Assembly (NCBI GenBank): GCA_963665235.2
Contig: CAXXLX010000001.1
Location: 4,192,001-4,256,000, forward strand
Origin: Candidatus Poribacteria bacterium
GTDB lineage: Bacteria; Poribacteria; WGA-4E; WGA-3G
Direction of reading: 5' to 3'
Length of the DNA stretch: 64,000 bases
A program made the position numbers and the translations under genes. The notes beneath the pieces are model-generated. The model worked only from the letters and a program-made list of their open reading frames with translations, was not told where the DNA came from and made no database searches. This document shows, in pieces, positions 39,452-48,798 of the stretch (positions are counted from its first letter, which is position 1; the number at the start of each line of letters is the position of its first letter).

Positions 39452-39527
39452 TGTAAAGGGGTGTATTGCGCTCGGGATTCCGGCCCCGAGAGTAAACGGA
39501 GGATAACACAATACTTCGGCCCGCACA
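39452..39527 (-). ncRNA. Putative short Y RNA (YrlB-like)
   Basis: 5' UGUGCGGGCCGAAGUAUUGUGUUAUCC; GUAUUG pairs with CAAUAC; internal hairpin CUCGGG/CCCGAG; ends approximate. Confidence 0.6.
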
Positions 39528-39533
39528 AATGCG

Positions 39534-39676
39534 ACTCTGGATAAGGATTGGAATGCATTTTGATTTGCTCTTCCACTGAGCTACAGTAGGCTTCACATGA
39601 CACATGCTCAGACTGCTGGCAGGGCTCGAACCTGCGACCTAATCATTATTGATAACACACTCTCTCGACCCAGAGT
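39534..39676 (-). ncRNA. Putative YrlA-like Y RNA with a circularly permuted tRNA-like domain
   Basis: Terminal stem ACUCUGGGU/AUCCAGAGU; GGUCGAG...GUGUUAUC; T-arm GCAGG-UUCGAGC-CCUGC precedes D-arm UA-GCUC-AGUGGAA-GAGC; UGAUU/AAUCA closes the module. Confidence 0.8.
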
Positions 39677-39751
39677 TTAAGTTCGGCTACAAATCAGAAG
39701 AGGCTGCCGAGATTCCTCAGGCAGCCTCCATCCCATTATGACTAGTTATAT

Positions 39752-39781
39752 ATTGTAACACATTTCTAGGCTGGTTGTCAA
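39752..39781 (-). promoter_or_regulatory. Sigma70-type promoter driving the Y RNA unit
   Basis: TTGACA-18 bp-TACAAT with TG extension on the minus strand; leader hairpin GAGGCTGCC/GGCAGCCTC at about 39700-39728. Confidence 0.65.
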
Positions 39782-39848
39782 ATTAAAATTTTGGGGTTTT
39801 CTGTCCCTCAAAATTTCCGCCATGGTAGGAGGCATTCTCGACATGCCT

Positions 39849-40049
39849 TCATTCATCTTTTTCATACGGATCGGTTTTCGTCAGTTCCCCATTTGGCAGT
39901 TCGTAGTAGATGTGCCCATTAAAAGAGTAGACGTTGGGAATTCCCTTTTTGCGATTCTCTTCCTGTGCTTTTCTGACAGCCCGATTGGCAATCTTTTGCA
40001 TCTCATGTGCCCATTTGTAGATTTCAGGGCTTAGTTTATCTTGACCCAT
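39849..40049 (-). CDS. Small partner of the zeta-like ATPase
   Basis: AVRKAQEENRKKGIPNVYS..G.IYY; 1-bp TAATG overlap with the upstream gene. Confidence 0.75.
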   Translation of the reverse strand: MGQDKLSPEIYKWAHEMQKIANRAVRKAQEENRKKGIPNVYSFNGHIYYELPNGELTKTDPYEKDE

Positions 40050-40633
40050 TATGTACCTCCATTGCTAACGTCTCGTATAAACAGTTCAAAGAACTCTCTA
40101 TCTGTGACAGTGAATTGATCCCCCTTACCAAAGGCGACCTCCTGGGCATGTTCCCCAGAATTGTAGTACAAACTCCAATGGTCCACCTGATTTTTGTAGG
40201 TGTGCCAGAAGTTGCGTTTGCTACGATAAAATCGACGGACAATGTCCTCCGTTGGTACATGGTGTCCGCCGCCTCTCACTCGATTTTGCACACGTTTGAT
40301 GCACATCTCAGGGGATTTGAGAAAGATAAAGACAATTGTAACTGTCCATCCAGCATCTTGCAATTGATGGATTATCCGCTCAAACCCTTTTCCTGATAGG
40401 GTGACTTCGACAGCAAAATCCTTCTCCGCTTCGATGAGTCGGTAGAGCTCGTCGAAAAATAGGCGGCCTGCTTGAATTTTAACTTTGTCAAAGTCCGCTG
40501 TCGTGGTGGCCAGTTTTTCTGCGATAAAGTCGGCACTAATGTATTCTGCCGCCGAATCACGGAGATATTCAGACGCGAACGTTGTTTTACCCGCCCCGTT
40601 TGGACCGGCGATGATTGTTACATTTTTTGGCAC
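40049..40633 (-). CDS. Zeta-toxin-like P-loop ATPase
   Basis: AGPNGAGKTT, EVTLSG, RVRGGGHHVP. Confidence 0.85.
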   Translation of the reverse strand: MPKNVTIIAGPNGAGKTTFASEYLRDSAAEYISADFIAEKLATTTADFDKVKIQAGRLFFDELYRLIEAEKDFAVEVTLSGKGFERIIHQLQDAGWTVTIVFIFLKSPEMCIKRVQNRVRGGGHHVPTEDIVRRFYRSKRNFWHTYKNQVDHWSLYYNSGEHAQEVAFGKGDQFTVTDREFFELFIRDVSNGGT

Positions 40634-40866
40634 GGTTAGTCCTTTCTATTTTCTAATAGCGGTTTTCAGAACACGTATCACCAGATTCCCGGTAGCCTAT
40701 AATAGTATACCACAGAAACAGAAATTATGCAGGGGGTGTGTCTGGATTTGTTTTTTCGTTGACCCTTTTTCTCAAAAACGTTATAATTTCTAATCAAAAG
40801 AGGTGACAGTTCTGCTGTTTCGTAAAACCTACTTTCTAATTATGCTACGAAGGAGACTATAGATAT

Positions 40867-41886
40867 ATGGACAAAATTAGAGTTGCGTTTATCGGTTGTG
40901 GGGGGATGTCTTCACAGCTGCAACAGTGCATTCCAATGGTGCCGGCGTTCGAATTTGTTTCCACTTGCGACCTTGTTGAAGAGAAAGCACGGTCAAATGC
41001 TCGAAGGTTCGGCGCACTCCGCCATTACACCGATTACGATGAGATGCTGAAAACGGAAGACCTCCACGCTGTCGCTGTTGTGGGCAGACCGGAGGATAAA
41101 CTGCATCGGGACATCGGTATTGAATGCCTGCAACGGGGGTATCATATCTATACCGAAAAACCGCCAGCAACAACCGCTGAAGGGGCGAAAATGTTAGTTG
41201 ATGCCTCAGTTGAGACTGGCAAAACGGGGATGGTCGGCACAATGTGGCGACATGCACCCGCACATCAGATGGCGAAACGGTTGATGAACGAGGACGATTT
41301 TGGCACGGCATGCCAATATCATACGCGTTATCTTGCACCGGGACCACGGCTTCAGGCAGCAGGCTCACCGTACGCGTGGCCCTTCATGCTCGATCAGGTG
41401 ATTCATCCGACCGACTGCATGCGTTTTTTCATGGGGCAGGTCAGCCAAGTGTTCGCAATCGGTGAAATTGATGGCGCGTCAAGCACCGTGTCGATGTCTG
41501 TCAATCTCCGTTATGAAAACGGCGGTATCGGTACAATGACACTCGGTACTGGGCCTGTTCTGGAGGCGATGGTTTTTATCAAAGGCACGAACAATCAAGC
41601 GATTCAAGTGTTTGAAACGCGGAAGCTGCGGCGGTATCGGGTGCCGACCTGGCTCGGCAGCGGTGGCGGATATGCGGATACACCGACCGAAGAGTGGACT
41701 CTCAACACGGCATATCACGGTATCGGCAGACCTGGGTATCTTGAAGAGATGCAGCATTGGGCACAGTCGTTGCAAGCCGAAACACAACCGCATTCAAGCC
41801 TTGAGGATGCGTATCAGAACATGCGCGTTTTGGAAGCAATTAGCCGTAGCATTGAGACTGGCGAGATTGTTCAAATATCAGTTTAA
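40867..41886 (+). CDS. Gfo/Idh/MocA oxidoreductase
   Basis: IGCGGMS, EKP, DQVIH. Confidence 0.92.
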   Translation: MDKIRVAFIGCGGMSSQLQQCIPMVPAFEFVSTCDLVEEKARSNARRFGALRHYTDYDEMLKTEDLHAVAVVGRPEDKLHRDIGIECLQRGYHIYTEKPPATTAEGAKMLVDASVETGKTGMVGTMWRHAPAHQMAKRLMNEDDFGTACQYHTRYLAPGPRLQAAGSPYAWPFMLDQVIHPTDCMRFFMGQVSQVFAIGEIDGASSTVSMSVNLRYENGGIGTMTLGTGPVLEAMVFIKGTNNQAIQVFETRKLRRYRVPTWLGSGGGYADTPTEEWTLNTAYHGIGRPGYLEEMQHWAQSLQAETQPHSSLEDAYQNMRVLEAISRSIETGEIVQISV

Positions 41887-41897
41887 AGGAAACCTTC

Positions 41898-42800
41898 ATG
41901 AACTGGGCACCGCGTGTAAAACCTATTAAAATAAGGCGTTTATACCGATATGCTAGGCTCGGCATCTATGACGATATATTGTTGCACGATGTCGGTTGGG
42001 AGCTCTACGCTCGCTGTGCTGATATAGTGACAGTGAACAATGTTTACCGTGAAGGGCGCGTGCCTTGTCCACAATGCAGCACAAAGGTCGTTCGCCAAAT
42101 TGACCCGCTTTTTAGTACTGGCGAAGGGGGGACGCGCGAGAATTGGTTTCGCTGTCCGCACTGTGCCAAACGGTTGCTCTGGCGCGACTGCCGTCAAGCT
42201 CTCCGAAATACCCCTAGGTGTTTTATCTGTCGTTCTGTCTTGCGGAAAAATGGTGAGTTGTGGTGTACCTGCGGTAAAACTTGGACACAGGTGACTTACA
42301 ATCAGTCTGTGAGAACGCGGGTCCGGCTGCCGTGTCCACACTGTCATAATCTTGTCCGTAGACCTGAACCTGCTGCGCAGGTGCGAACGGTTAAACATCG
42401 TCCCTCGATTCCGAAACCTGAACTGAAATGTCCAAAATGTAACGGAACAGCACAACGGACCTCTGGTAACCTCGCGTGTACTGTATGTGGTTATAAACGT
42501 CAGTGGCGAAAATACCGCAAAAGTCTGAAAAAGAGAGATGAAAAACTTGTGTGTTCGAGTTGTGGATATGCCTTTAGGTGGCAAACGTGGCGGAAAAGTG
42601 CTCAGACGCTGCGAACTGGGAATCCGAGGCCTGCCCGTGAATTCGTAGAAAAATGGCTTAGATGTCGAACTCCACAACAGCGCATGATACAGATTGATAT
42701 GCTGCTGCAGACGTTGCACGGCAGAGGCCCTTTAGCACCGTTGTTTATTGATAGCGGTGAGCATTGCATCCGACAGATGCTAGATGACCTGGCATCTTAG
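41898..42800 (+). CDS. Basic multi-zinc-ribbon hypothetical protein
   Basis: CPQC, CPHC, CFIC, CTC, CPHC, CPKC, CTVC, CSSC; Arg/Lys/Trp rich. Confidence 0.75.
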   Translation: MNWAPRVKPIKIRRLYRYARLGIYDDILLHDVGWELYARCADIVTVNNVYREGRVPCPQCSTKVVRQIDPLFSTGEGGTRENWFRCPHCAKRLLWRDCRQALRNTPRCFICRSVLRKNGELWCTCGKTWTQVTYNQSVRTRVRLPCPHCHNLVRRPEPAAQVRTVKHRPSIPKPELKCPKCNGTAQRTSGNLACTVCGYKRQWRKYRKSLKKRDEKLVCSSCGYAFRWQTWRKSAQTLRTGNPRPAREFVEKWLRCRTPQQRMIQIDMLLQTLHGRGPLAPLFIDSGEHCIRQMLDDLAS

Positions 42801-42856
42801 GTTTGCATATTTTCAGATTATGCTACAGAACGCAAGAAGAGGACGGTGAAGATATC

Positions 42857-43660
42857 ATGCAGCTTTTAAATGAAGCTTTTCCTGTCAATCAACTTTTATT
42901 AGGCGACTGTTTAGAGATTCTTCCCGCTTTTCCCGATGACAGTTTTGATTGTTGTATCGCCGACCCGCCCTTTAATGCTGCGAGCCCGAAAGGGTTGGGA
43001 TGGGCATTTAGTTCCCATGTTACCATACAGGAACAGTGGGATATGTTTTCAAAGGACGACTATTTTCAATTCACGGTTAATTGGATTAGAGAGGTTTTGA
43101 GGGTACTAAAACCTAACGGAAACCTGTTCGTTTTCGGCTCTTTTCATTGCATTTTTACAATCGGGTTTATTCTTCAAAGTCTATTTAACAGGCGGATAAT
43201 CTCTCAAATTGTTTGGTATAAACCGAATGCACAACCCAATATTACCTGCCGAATGTTTACCGAGTCTGCTGAATTTATCCTGTGGGCTGTTAACAATGAA
43301 AGCGAGAAAGCTAAAAATTGGACGTTCAATTATGAAACTGTGAAGGCGATGAATAAGGGAAAGCAGATGCGAAACGTATGGGAAATTCCGCTGACTAAGC
43401 CTTCAGAACGGAGGCATGGGGAACACCCATCGCAAAAGCCGCTGGCAGTTATCAATCGACTTATTTTAGCGGGCACAAATGAAGACGACCTTATTCTCGA
43501 TCCGTTTTCTGGAACCGGAACGACAGCGGTTGTCGCTGAACAGCATAACCGAAAATGGATTATGATTGAGAAGGACGAGGCGTACCATCAAATTGCTCAT
43601 AAGCGAATCGATGAAGTGTCTCATAGATTATTGGAGGATGATTCAGAAATTGAGTGGTGA
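42857..43660 (+). CDS. Orphan beta-class N6A/N4C DNA methyltransferase (DpnA-like)
   Basis: DPPF (motif IV) before DPFSGTGTT (motif I); HPSQKP; GKQMRNVW. Confidence 0.88.
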   Translation: MQLLNEAFPVNQLLLGDCLEILPAFPDDSFDCCIADPPFNAASPKGLGWAFSSHVTIQEQWDMFSKDDYFQFTVNWIREVLRVLKPNGNLFVFGSFHCIFTIGFILQSLFNRRIISQIVWYKPNAQPNITCRMFTESAEFILWAVNNESEKAKNWTFNYETVKAMNKGKQMRNVWEIPLTKPSERRHGEHPSQKPLAVINRLILAGTNEDDLILDPFSGTGTTAVVAEQHNRKWIMIEKDEAYHQIAHKRIDEVSHRLLEDDSEIEW

Positions 43661-43884
43661 GAAGACAGTTGAATTTGAAGCGGGGAAAGAAAGCCGCACT
43701 CGGGAGCTCGTTCCTACAGAAGAGGGCCTATCATTGAAAAAAAAGGTTTGACAAGTCGCATGCCCATGTAGTATCCTATAGGTACATTGTTAGTTACGAT
43801 ATGCACCTCGGAACACGGTTTAAGGCGGCGATTCGCGCGACAAAATGAATTGTAACCTCTTCAGGACTTACTTCGGGGAATTGT

Positions 43885-44328
43885 ATGCGAGTGTACCTTG
43901 ATAACTGTACTTTTAATCGTCCTTTTGACGATCAAACTCAGATTAGAATCAAACTCGAAACAGAAGCCAAATTATATATCCAGGAAAGAATTCGAGATGG
44001 GACTTTGGAATTAGTATGGTCATACATGCTTGATTACGAGAATCTATCAAATCCATTTGAGGAACGTAGAAATACCATTCAAAATTGGAAAGCACACGCT
44101 TTAATTGATATAGATGCCAATCTTGAAATTCTTACAAAGGCGAATGTTTTGAAAGGAATCGGTTTGCGAAATAAAGATGCTCTCCATTTAGCTTGTTCTG
44201 TTGCAGCAAAATGTGACTACTTTGTCACCACAGATGATGCAATTCTCAGGAAGACAGTTAGTTTTAAAGAGATTAAGGTTATAGACCCTCTCGATTTTGT
44301 TAGGAGTATATTCCATGATGACAGATGA
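43885..44328 (+). CDS. PIN-domain toxin (VapC-like)
   Basis: YLDNCTFNRPFDDQ, DALHLAC, FVTTDD. Confidence 0.9.
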   Translation: MRVYLDNCTFNRPFDDQTQIRIKLETEAKLYIQERIRDGTLELVWSYMLDYENLSNPFEERRNTIQNWKAHALIDIDANLEILTKANVLKGIGLRNKDALHLACSVAAKCDYFVTTDDAILRKTVSFKEIKVIDPLDFVRSIFHDDR

Positions 44329-44533
44329 ACAACTCAAAGTAGAAGGCTTAAAGGCTCTTACGGAAGCCTTGGGCGATGTCCAAGCTGAAAAGTTCATAGC
44401 ATTGATTATGCGTTCTCGGTTTGATTACACCAAATGGCAGAGAACACTGTGGGGGGAAAAGAGCGTGGACGAGCTCAGTGATGCAGCAATGAAACTGAGA
44501 AATCAAAAGATGGACGTAGTTGACAATGCCTGA
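44315..44533 (+). CDS. Putative antitoxin downstream of PIN
   Basis: SD GGAG; overlaps the toxin end; GLKALTEALG...FDYTKWQR. Confidence 0.78.
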   Translation: MMTDEQLKVEGLKALTEALGDVQAEKFIALIMRSRFDYTKWQRTLWGEKSVDELSDAAMKLRNQKMDVVDNA

Positions 44534-44630
44534 AGGTCAAATAGTTTGTGAAACGGAAACACTTGCTACGGTCGAATCGCTGCAGGCGGATTTTGAGGCA
44601 CTCTATATTGAAAAGAAAAATAGACTGTAG
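44526..44630 (+). pseudogene. 5' fragment resembling an AAC(3)/YokD-family acetyltransferase
   Basis: MPEGQIVCETETLATVESLQADFEALYIEK then stop; resemblance recalled from the family N-terminus (T..SL..D...LG...G). Confidence 0.45.
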
Positions 44631-44732
44631 GCGTGATTTGCTAAATCTAAAAAAATTGATTTTTTGCTATTTATGTGCTATACTACAGTAAAAATAGTTT
44701 TTAGACACAGGTGAACCGAAGGAGCATATCAG

Positions 44733-45791
44733 ATGGCGGAATTGTTAAAAGAACTTCGCGTATCCAACGATGCGATGAACGCACCAGAAGAATTACGTGC
44801 GCGGATGTCAGAGGAGGGATACCTCTTTTTCAAGAAACTGCAAGACCCCGACAAACTCTGGGCATTGCGAAGAGAGATGCTGACAACAATGCAAGAAGGC
44901 GGATGGCTTGTCGCAGGTACGGACCCGATGGATGGCATCGCCGATATTTCTACGCAGTGCACCGAGGGCGACTCCGAGTACACCGATGTATACCATGAAG
45001 TGTATAAGCTAGAGGCGTTCCATCGTTCCGGGCACTGGCCTGAAGTGGTCAATATGGTGGAGAAAATCGTCGGTAGAGATGTGCTACCGCATCCACAGAA
45101 GATTGCACGGCTCTGGTTTCCGAAGTATACCGCGCACACGACACCGATACATCAAGACTTCGTTCACTTTCAAGGTAATTTTCAGACCTATACCTGTTGG
45201 GCTCCTGTCGGGAATTGCCCGATTGAGTTAGGGGGGTTAGCAGTTCTGCCCGGTTCGCATAAGGTGAATAGAGTGATGGAACATCATTTTTCCCTTGGGG
45301 CTGGTGGGCTCTGCGTGAATACGGACGAGCTGTCCGGTGAATTTTACTCCACAAACTATGAAATTGGCGATACCCTGATATTTCCTGCCCTGACTATCCA
45401 CAAAGCGTTACCGAATTTAACGGAAGACCGATTGCGCGTTTCATTGGACAACCGTTATCAGGCAGTCGACGACCCGATTGCGGAGCACATGCTTGAGCCG
45501 CACCTAAATATTTTCAACTCGCTTCAATGGGACGATGTCTATCGCAATTGGGAGTCTGATGAACTACAGTATTATTGGAAAGCACACGACCTCACTGTCC
45601 TGCCGAGAGATTTCAGTTACGGAAACAAGGGGTTTGAGGAGGCGTTGGCGTTGGCCCGTGATGGAGATGCGCGGGCAGTGCTACAATTAAACCGTATTAT
45701 CAAGCGGGACAGGACGACTGAGCAGGCGCAGCGAGCAGTGGCGGTTTTGCGGCAAGCGAATGCTGAAACTTCAATAAAAAACAGAGCATGA
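44733..45791 (+). CDS. Phytanoyl-CoA dioxygenase (PhyH) family
   Basis: HQD, PGSH, H...N...R.S.D.R. Confidence 0.9.
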   Translation: MAELLKELRVSNDAMNAPEELRARMSEEGYLFFKKLQDPDKLWALRREMLTTMQEGGWLVAGTDPMDGIADISTQCTEGDSEYTDVYHEVYKLEAFHRSGHWPEVVNMVEKIVGRDVLPHPQKIARLWFPKYTAHTTPIHQDFVHFQGNFQTYTCWAPVGNCPIELGGLAVLPGSHKVNRVMEHHFSLGAGGLCVNTDELSGEFYSTNYEIGDTLIFPALTIHKALPNLTEDRLRVSLDNRYQAVDDPIAEHMLEPHLNIFNSLQWDDVYRNWESDELQYYWKAHDLTVLPRDFSYGNKGFEEALALARDGDARAVLQLNRIIKRDRTTEQAQRAVAVLRQANAETSIKNRA

Positions 45792-45809
45792 GATGCCGTG
45801 TTTTTTTTA

Positions 45810-46724
45810 CTACGCTTGTACCGGTGTTTCAGAGAGGACTTTCTTGTATTGATAAGTCCAATCGACAACCCGATACCCGAAGTTGTTGTAAAACAGGAGT
45901 GCCCGGTAATCATCCCACCCTGTGCTAATTGCTGCATGTCGGTAGCCGATTTTGTGCATCTCTTGTAGTGCGGACTGCAGCAAGAATTTCCCTATCCCTT
46001 TTCCCTGAAACGGCTCTTCGACCGAAAGCCAAGTTGTATATAACCACTCTTGTGCATCTGCGTGGTTGGAAAACTCACCGCCAGAGACAGAACAACATTC
46101 TCCAATCTGTTCATTCTCTTGATAGATTTTAACGATGCAGTCGGGGTATTGTCCGCGTTCCTGCACCCGGTTCACTGAAAGCTTTAGGGGTATAGGTGCG
46201 GGCATTGGAGTGACAACGTAGTTTTTCCAGTCTAAAAAGATCCAGCGCGGTTCGGGACGGTATTCGTTAAATCCAAGGAGTGCATGAACTTGACCAAGGG
46301 CGTTAGATAGATTGGCGTATTCAAGATGATAGCAACGATATCTAAAGGCTGATGGGAAAGCGGAAATTTGGGTTACGTTAAATGCTTTTAGATAGGTTTC
46401 TGCTTTTTCAAGAACAGCTTGTCCAGCAGGACGCACCCCAGGTTCGTACCCCAGGAATCGGATAACGCCTATATTCTTTTCATCTGTATTGGTATAGAAA
46501 CCTATATGAATGAATGCCTGCACCACACCATTTTGTATCGCGACGAACGCAGTTGGAGCATCAAGTCTATCATCCCTATTGTTGATTTCATCTGTAACGT
46601 CACGCATATCGACAGCAAATTCCTCCGCTTTCACAGGATAACAGTGTGGAACGTCAGCGGTCACTCGATTGTAAAATTGTGTGACAGGTGTTAGCATATC
46701 GGGGGTGTATTGAAAAATTTCCAT
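45810..46724 (-). CDS. GNAT acetyltransferase
   Basis: VEEPFQGKGIG, ALLFYNNFGY. Confidence 0.88.
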   Translation of the reverse strand: MEIFQYTPDMLTPVTQFYNRVTADVPHCYPVKAEEFAVDMRDVTDEINNRDDRLDAPTAFVAIQNGVVQAFIHIGFYTNTDEKNIGVIRFLGYEPGVRPAGQAVLEKAETYLKAFNVTQISAFPSAFRYRCYHLEYANLSNALGQVHALLGFNEYRPEPRWIFLDWKNYVVTPMPAPIPLKLSVNRVQERGQYPDCIVKIYQENEQIGECCSVSGGEFSNHADAQEWLYTTWLSVEEPFQGKGIGKFLLQSALQEMHKIGYRHAAISTGWDDYRALLFYNNFGYRVVDWTYQYKKVLSETPVQA

Positions 46725-46742
46725 CTGTTTTTCTACTCCTTT

Positions 46743-48650
46743 TTACTGAACTTCCCACAGAAGAATTGTGCCATCCGAGCTACCACTTGCAAGCGTTTTG
46801 CCATCCGGACTGAACGCTATGGTATCAACATCCCATTTATGCCCGTAGCGTATCGACTTTCGTCGTCCGGTTGCTGCATCCCACAAATAGATGTAGCCGT
46901 TATCATCTACACTTGCCAGTGTTTTCCCATCAGGTGAATATGCAATTAAATCAGCCAGGTCGTCATGTCCTTCCCAGCCACGCCTCTGGTTTCCGATATC
47001 CAGAATAGCCTTAAAGGTGTCAGATATTGTTAAGTGATCTTCAAAGGTCTTTTTATGTTCGCCTGTCTCTGTGTCCCATAACTGAACGCGCCATCCGCCG
47101 CTGGCGAGTGTTTTGCCATCGGGTGAATATCTGATAGGACCTCCATTACCAAAAAACAGTTTATATTCCCCCGTAATTAGATCCAATAACCAAATCTTGA
47201 CACCACTGGTCGCTAGCGTCTGGCCATCTGGGGAAAACGCCAGAGAGGAGGCGCGTCCATTTTGATTAACAAAAATGTGTGTCTGTTTTCCTGTAATGAC
47301 ATCCCAGAACCGAATTGTTCGGTCCTCCGAGCAACTCGCTAACATTCTACTGTCTGGGGAAAATGTCACATAACGGATATGCTCCGTATGCCCCTCAAGA
47401 ATTTGTTTATGCTTACCTGTGTTTGCATCCCACAAATTTATCGTACCCCTCCAATCGCCACTAGCGATTGTGCGGTTATCCGGGGAAAACGCTACGGAAC
47501 GTATACCAGCTGTATGTCCTTTAAGCGTCAATTTGTGACTTCTGGCATCTATATCCCACAACCAGATCTGGTAGCCACACGCACTTGCTAAGGTTTTACC
47601 ATCGGGCGAGTATGCCACAGAGCGGACAGAATGCTTATATCCTTTGAGGGTCAATTTGTCCTTTTCTGCTATAAGGTCCCAAAAACGAATCGTCCCACCC
47701 CAACTTAAACTTACAAGTGTTTTGCCATCTGGCGAATAGGCGACCGCTTCAACTGCATCTTCATTTCCGCGAAGGATTTTCTGCGGTTTGCCTGTGGCGA
47801 CATTCCACAACTGAATGTGAGGGTTATCGCTGTTTCCACTCGCGAGCGTGCTCCCATCAGGACTAAACGCGACGGAATAGACCGGCCCCGCATATCCCAA
47901 AAGGGTTCTGATGTGTTGTCCGGTGGAGATATCCCAGAGTCGAATAATTCCATCCTTCCCGCCACTTGCCAGCAGCCGTCCATCTGGCGAATAGGCAATT
48001 GCATAAACCCATTTCGTATGCCCGGAGAGCGTTCTGATGTGTTTTCCAGTAGAAGCGTCCCACAACCGAACCGTGTTATCCCAGCTTCCGCTTGCAACTG
48101 TTTTGCCATCTGGCGAGAATGCAACTGAGGAGATGTTCCCTGTATGCCCAGAGAGGGTTTGTTTAGGTTGCCTAGTGGCAATATTCCACAGCTGAACTTT
48201 GCTACTATCATCTCCACTCACGAGCGTCCTCCCATCAGGAGAAAACGCTAAACACCGAACATCCGATGTATGCCCAAAGAGGATACCTTTCCGTTTGCCC
48301 GTCCTGCTATCCCAGAGCAGGATTCTTTCGTCGTCTCCCAAACCGCCCCCGCTTGCAACCGTTGTGCCATTTGGTGAGAATGCTACAGAACGGACAGGGT
48401 TCGCATGTCCGTTAAGAAGTCCAATTTCGGCACCGGTCCGTGTATCATAGAGCCAAACCCCAATCATACTTGCCACTGCTAACCGTGTGCCATCCGGCGA
48501 CATCGCGATATCTTGGACATCTCCTTTACCAAGTCGTGCCTTTGCCCCCCTCGGCAGACTAAATTGGGTGTAGTCTTGCGCAACAGCACTTGCTATAAAT
48601 AGAATAGAAACACACAAAAAGATAGAATTGAGAAACAGCCGCTTTTTCAT
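46743..48650 (-). CDS. Secreted WD40-repeat protein
   Basis: Signal peptide, LPRGAKARLGKG, about 14 GH...VAFSPDG..LAS...W repeats. Confidence 0.95.
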   Translation of the reverse strand: MKKRLFLNSIFLCVSILFIASAVAQDYTQFSLPRGAKARLGKGDVQDIAMSPDGTRLAVASMIGVWLYDTRTGAEIGLLNGHANPVRSVAFSPNGTTVASGGGLGDDERILLWDSRTGKRKGILFGHTSDVRCLAFSPDGRTLVSGDDSSKVQLWNIATRQPKQTLSGHTGNISSVAFSPDGKTVASGSWDNTVRLWDASTGKHIRTLSGHTKWVYAIAYSPDGRLLASGGKDGIIRLWDISTGQHIRTLLGYAGPVYSVAFSPDGSTLASGNSDNPHIQLWNVATGKPQKILRGNEDAVEAVAYSPDGKTLVSLSWGGTIRFWDLIAEKDKLTLKGYKHSVRSVAYSPDGKTLASACGYQIWLWDIDARSHKLTLKGHTAGIRSVAFSPDNRTIASGDWRGTINLWDANTGKHKQILEGHTEHIRYVTFSPDSRMLASCSEDRTIRFWDVITGKQTHIFVNQNGRASSLAFSPDGQTLATSGVKIWLLDLITGEYKLFFGNGGPIRYSPDGKTLASGGWRVQLWDTETGEHKKTFEDHLTISDTFKAILDIGNQRRGWEGHDDLADLIAYSPDGKTLASVDDNGYIYLWDAATGRRKSIRYGHKWDVDTIAFSPDGKTLASGSSDGTILLWEVQ

Positions 48651-48798
48651 TTTTTCCTCCAAAAAAATTGTTATTCCGTTTTTCTCTGTTACATTAGTTG
48701 CTAAGCGTTCCAGTTTTCTTCGAGAAAAATTGAATTATTTTGTCAGAATTGCGGATTACAGCGGTGTGGTTCAAATCCGATTTACAGCAGTGGCGCGT

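Noticed and set aside
39561-39645. Canonical tRNA gene or tmRNA
   Set aside because: Arms are in permuted order, with no anticodon loop, no CCA and a mismatched acceptor stem; a full D-stem and no tag ORF argue against tmRNA; fits Y RNA better
42857-43660. Complete type II restriction-modification system
   Set aside because: No recognisable restriction endonuclease is adjacent
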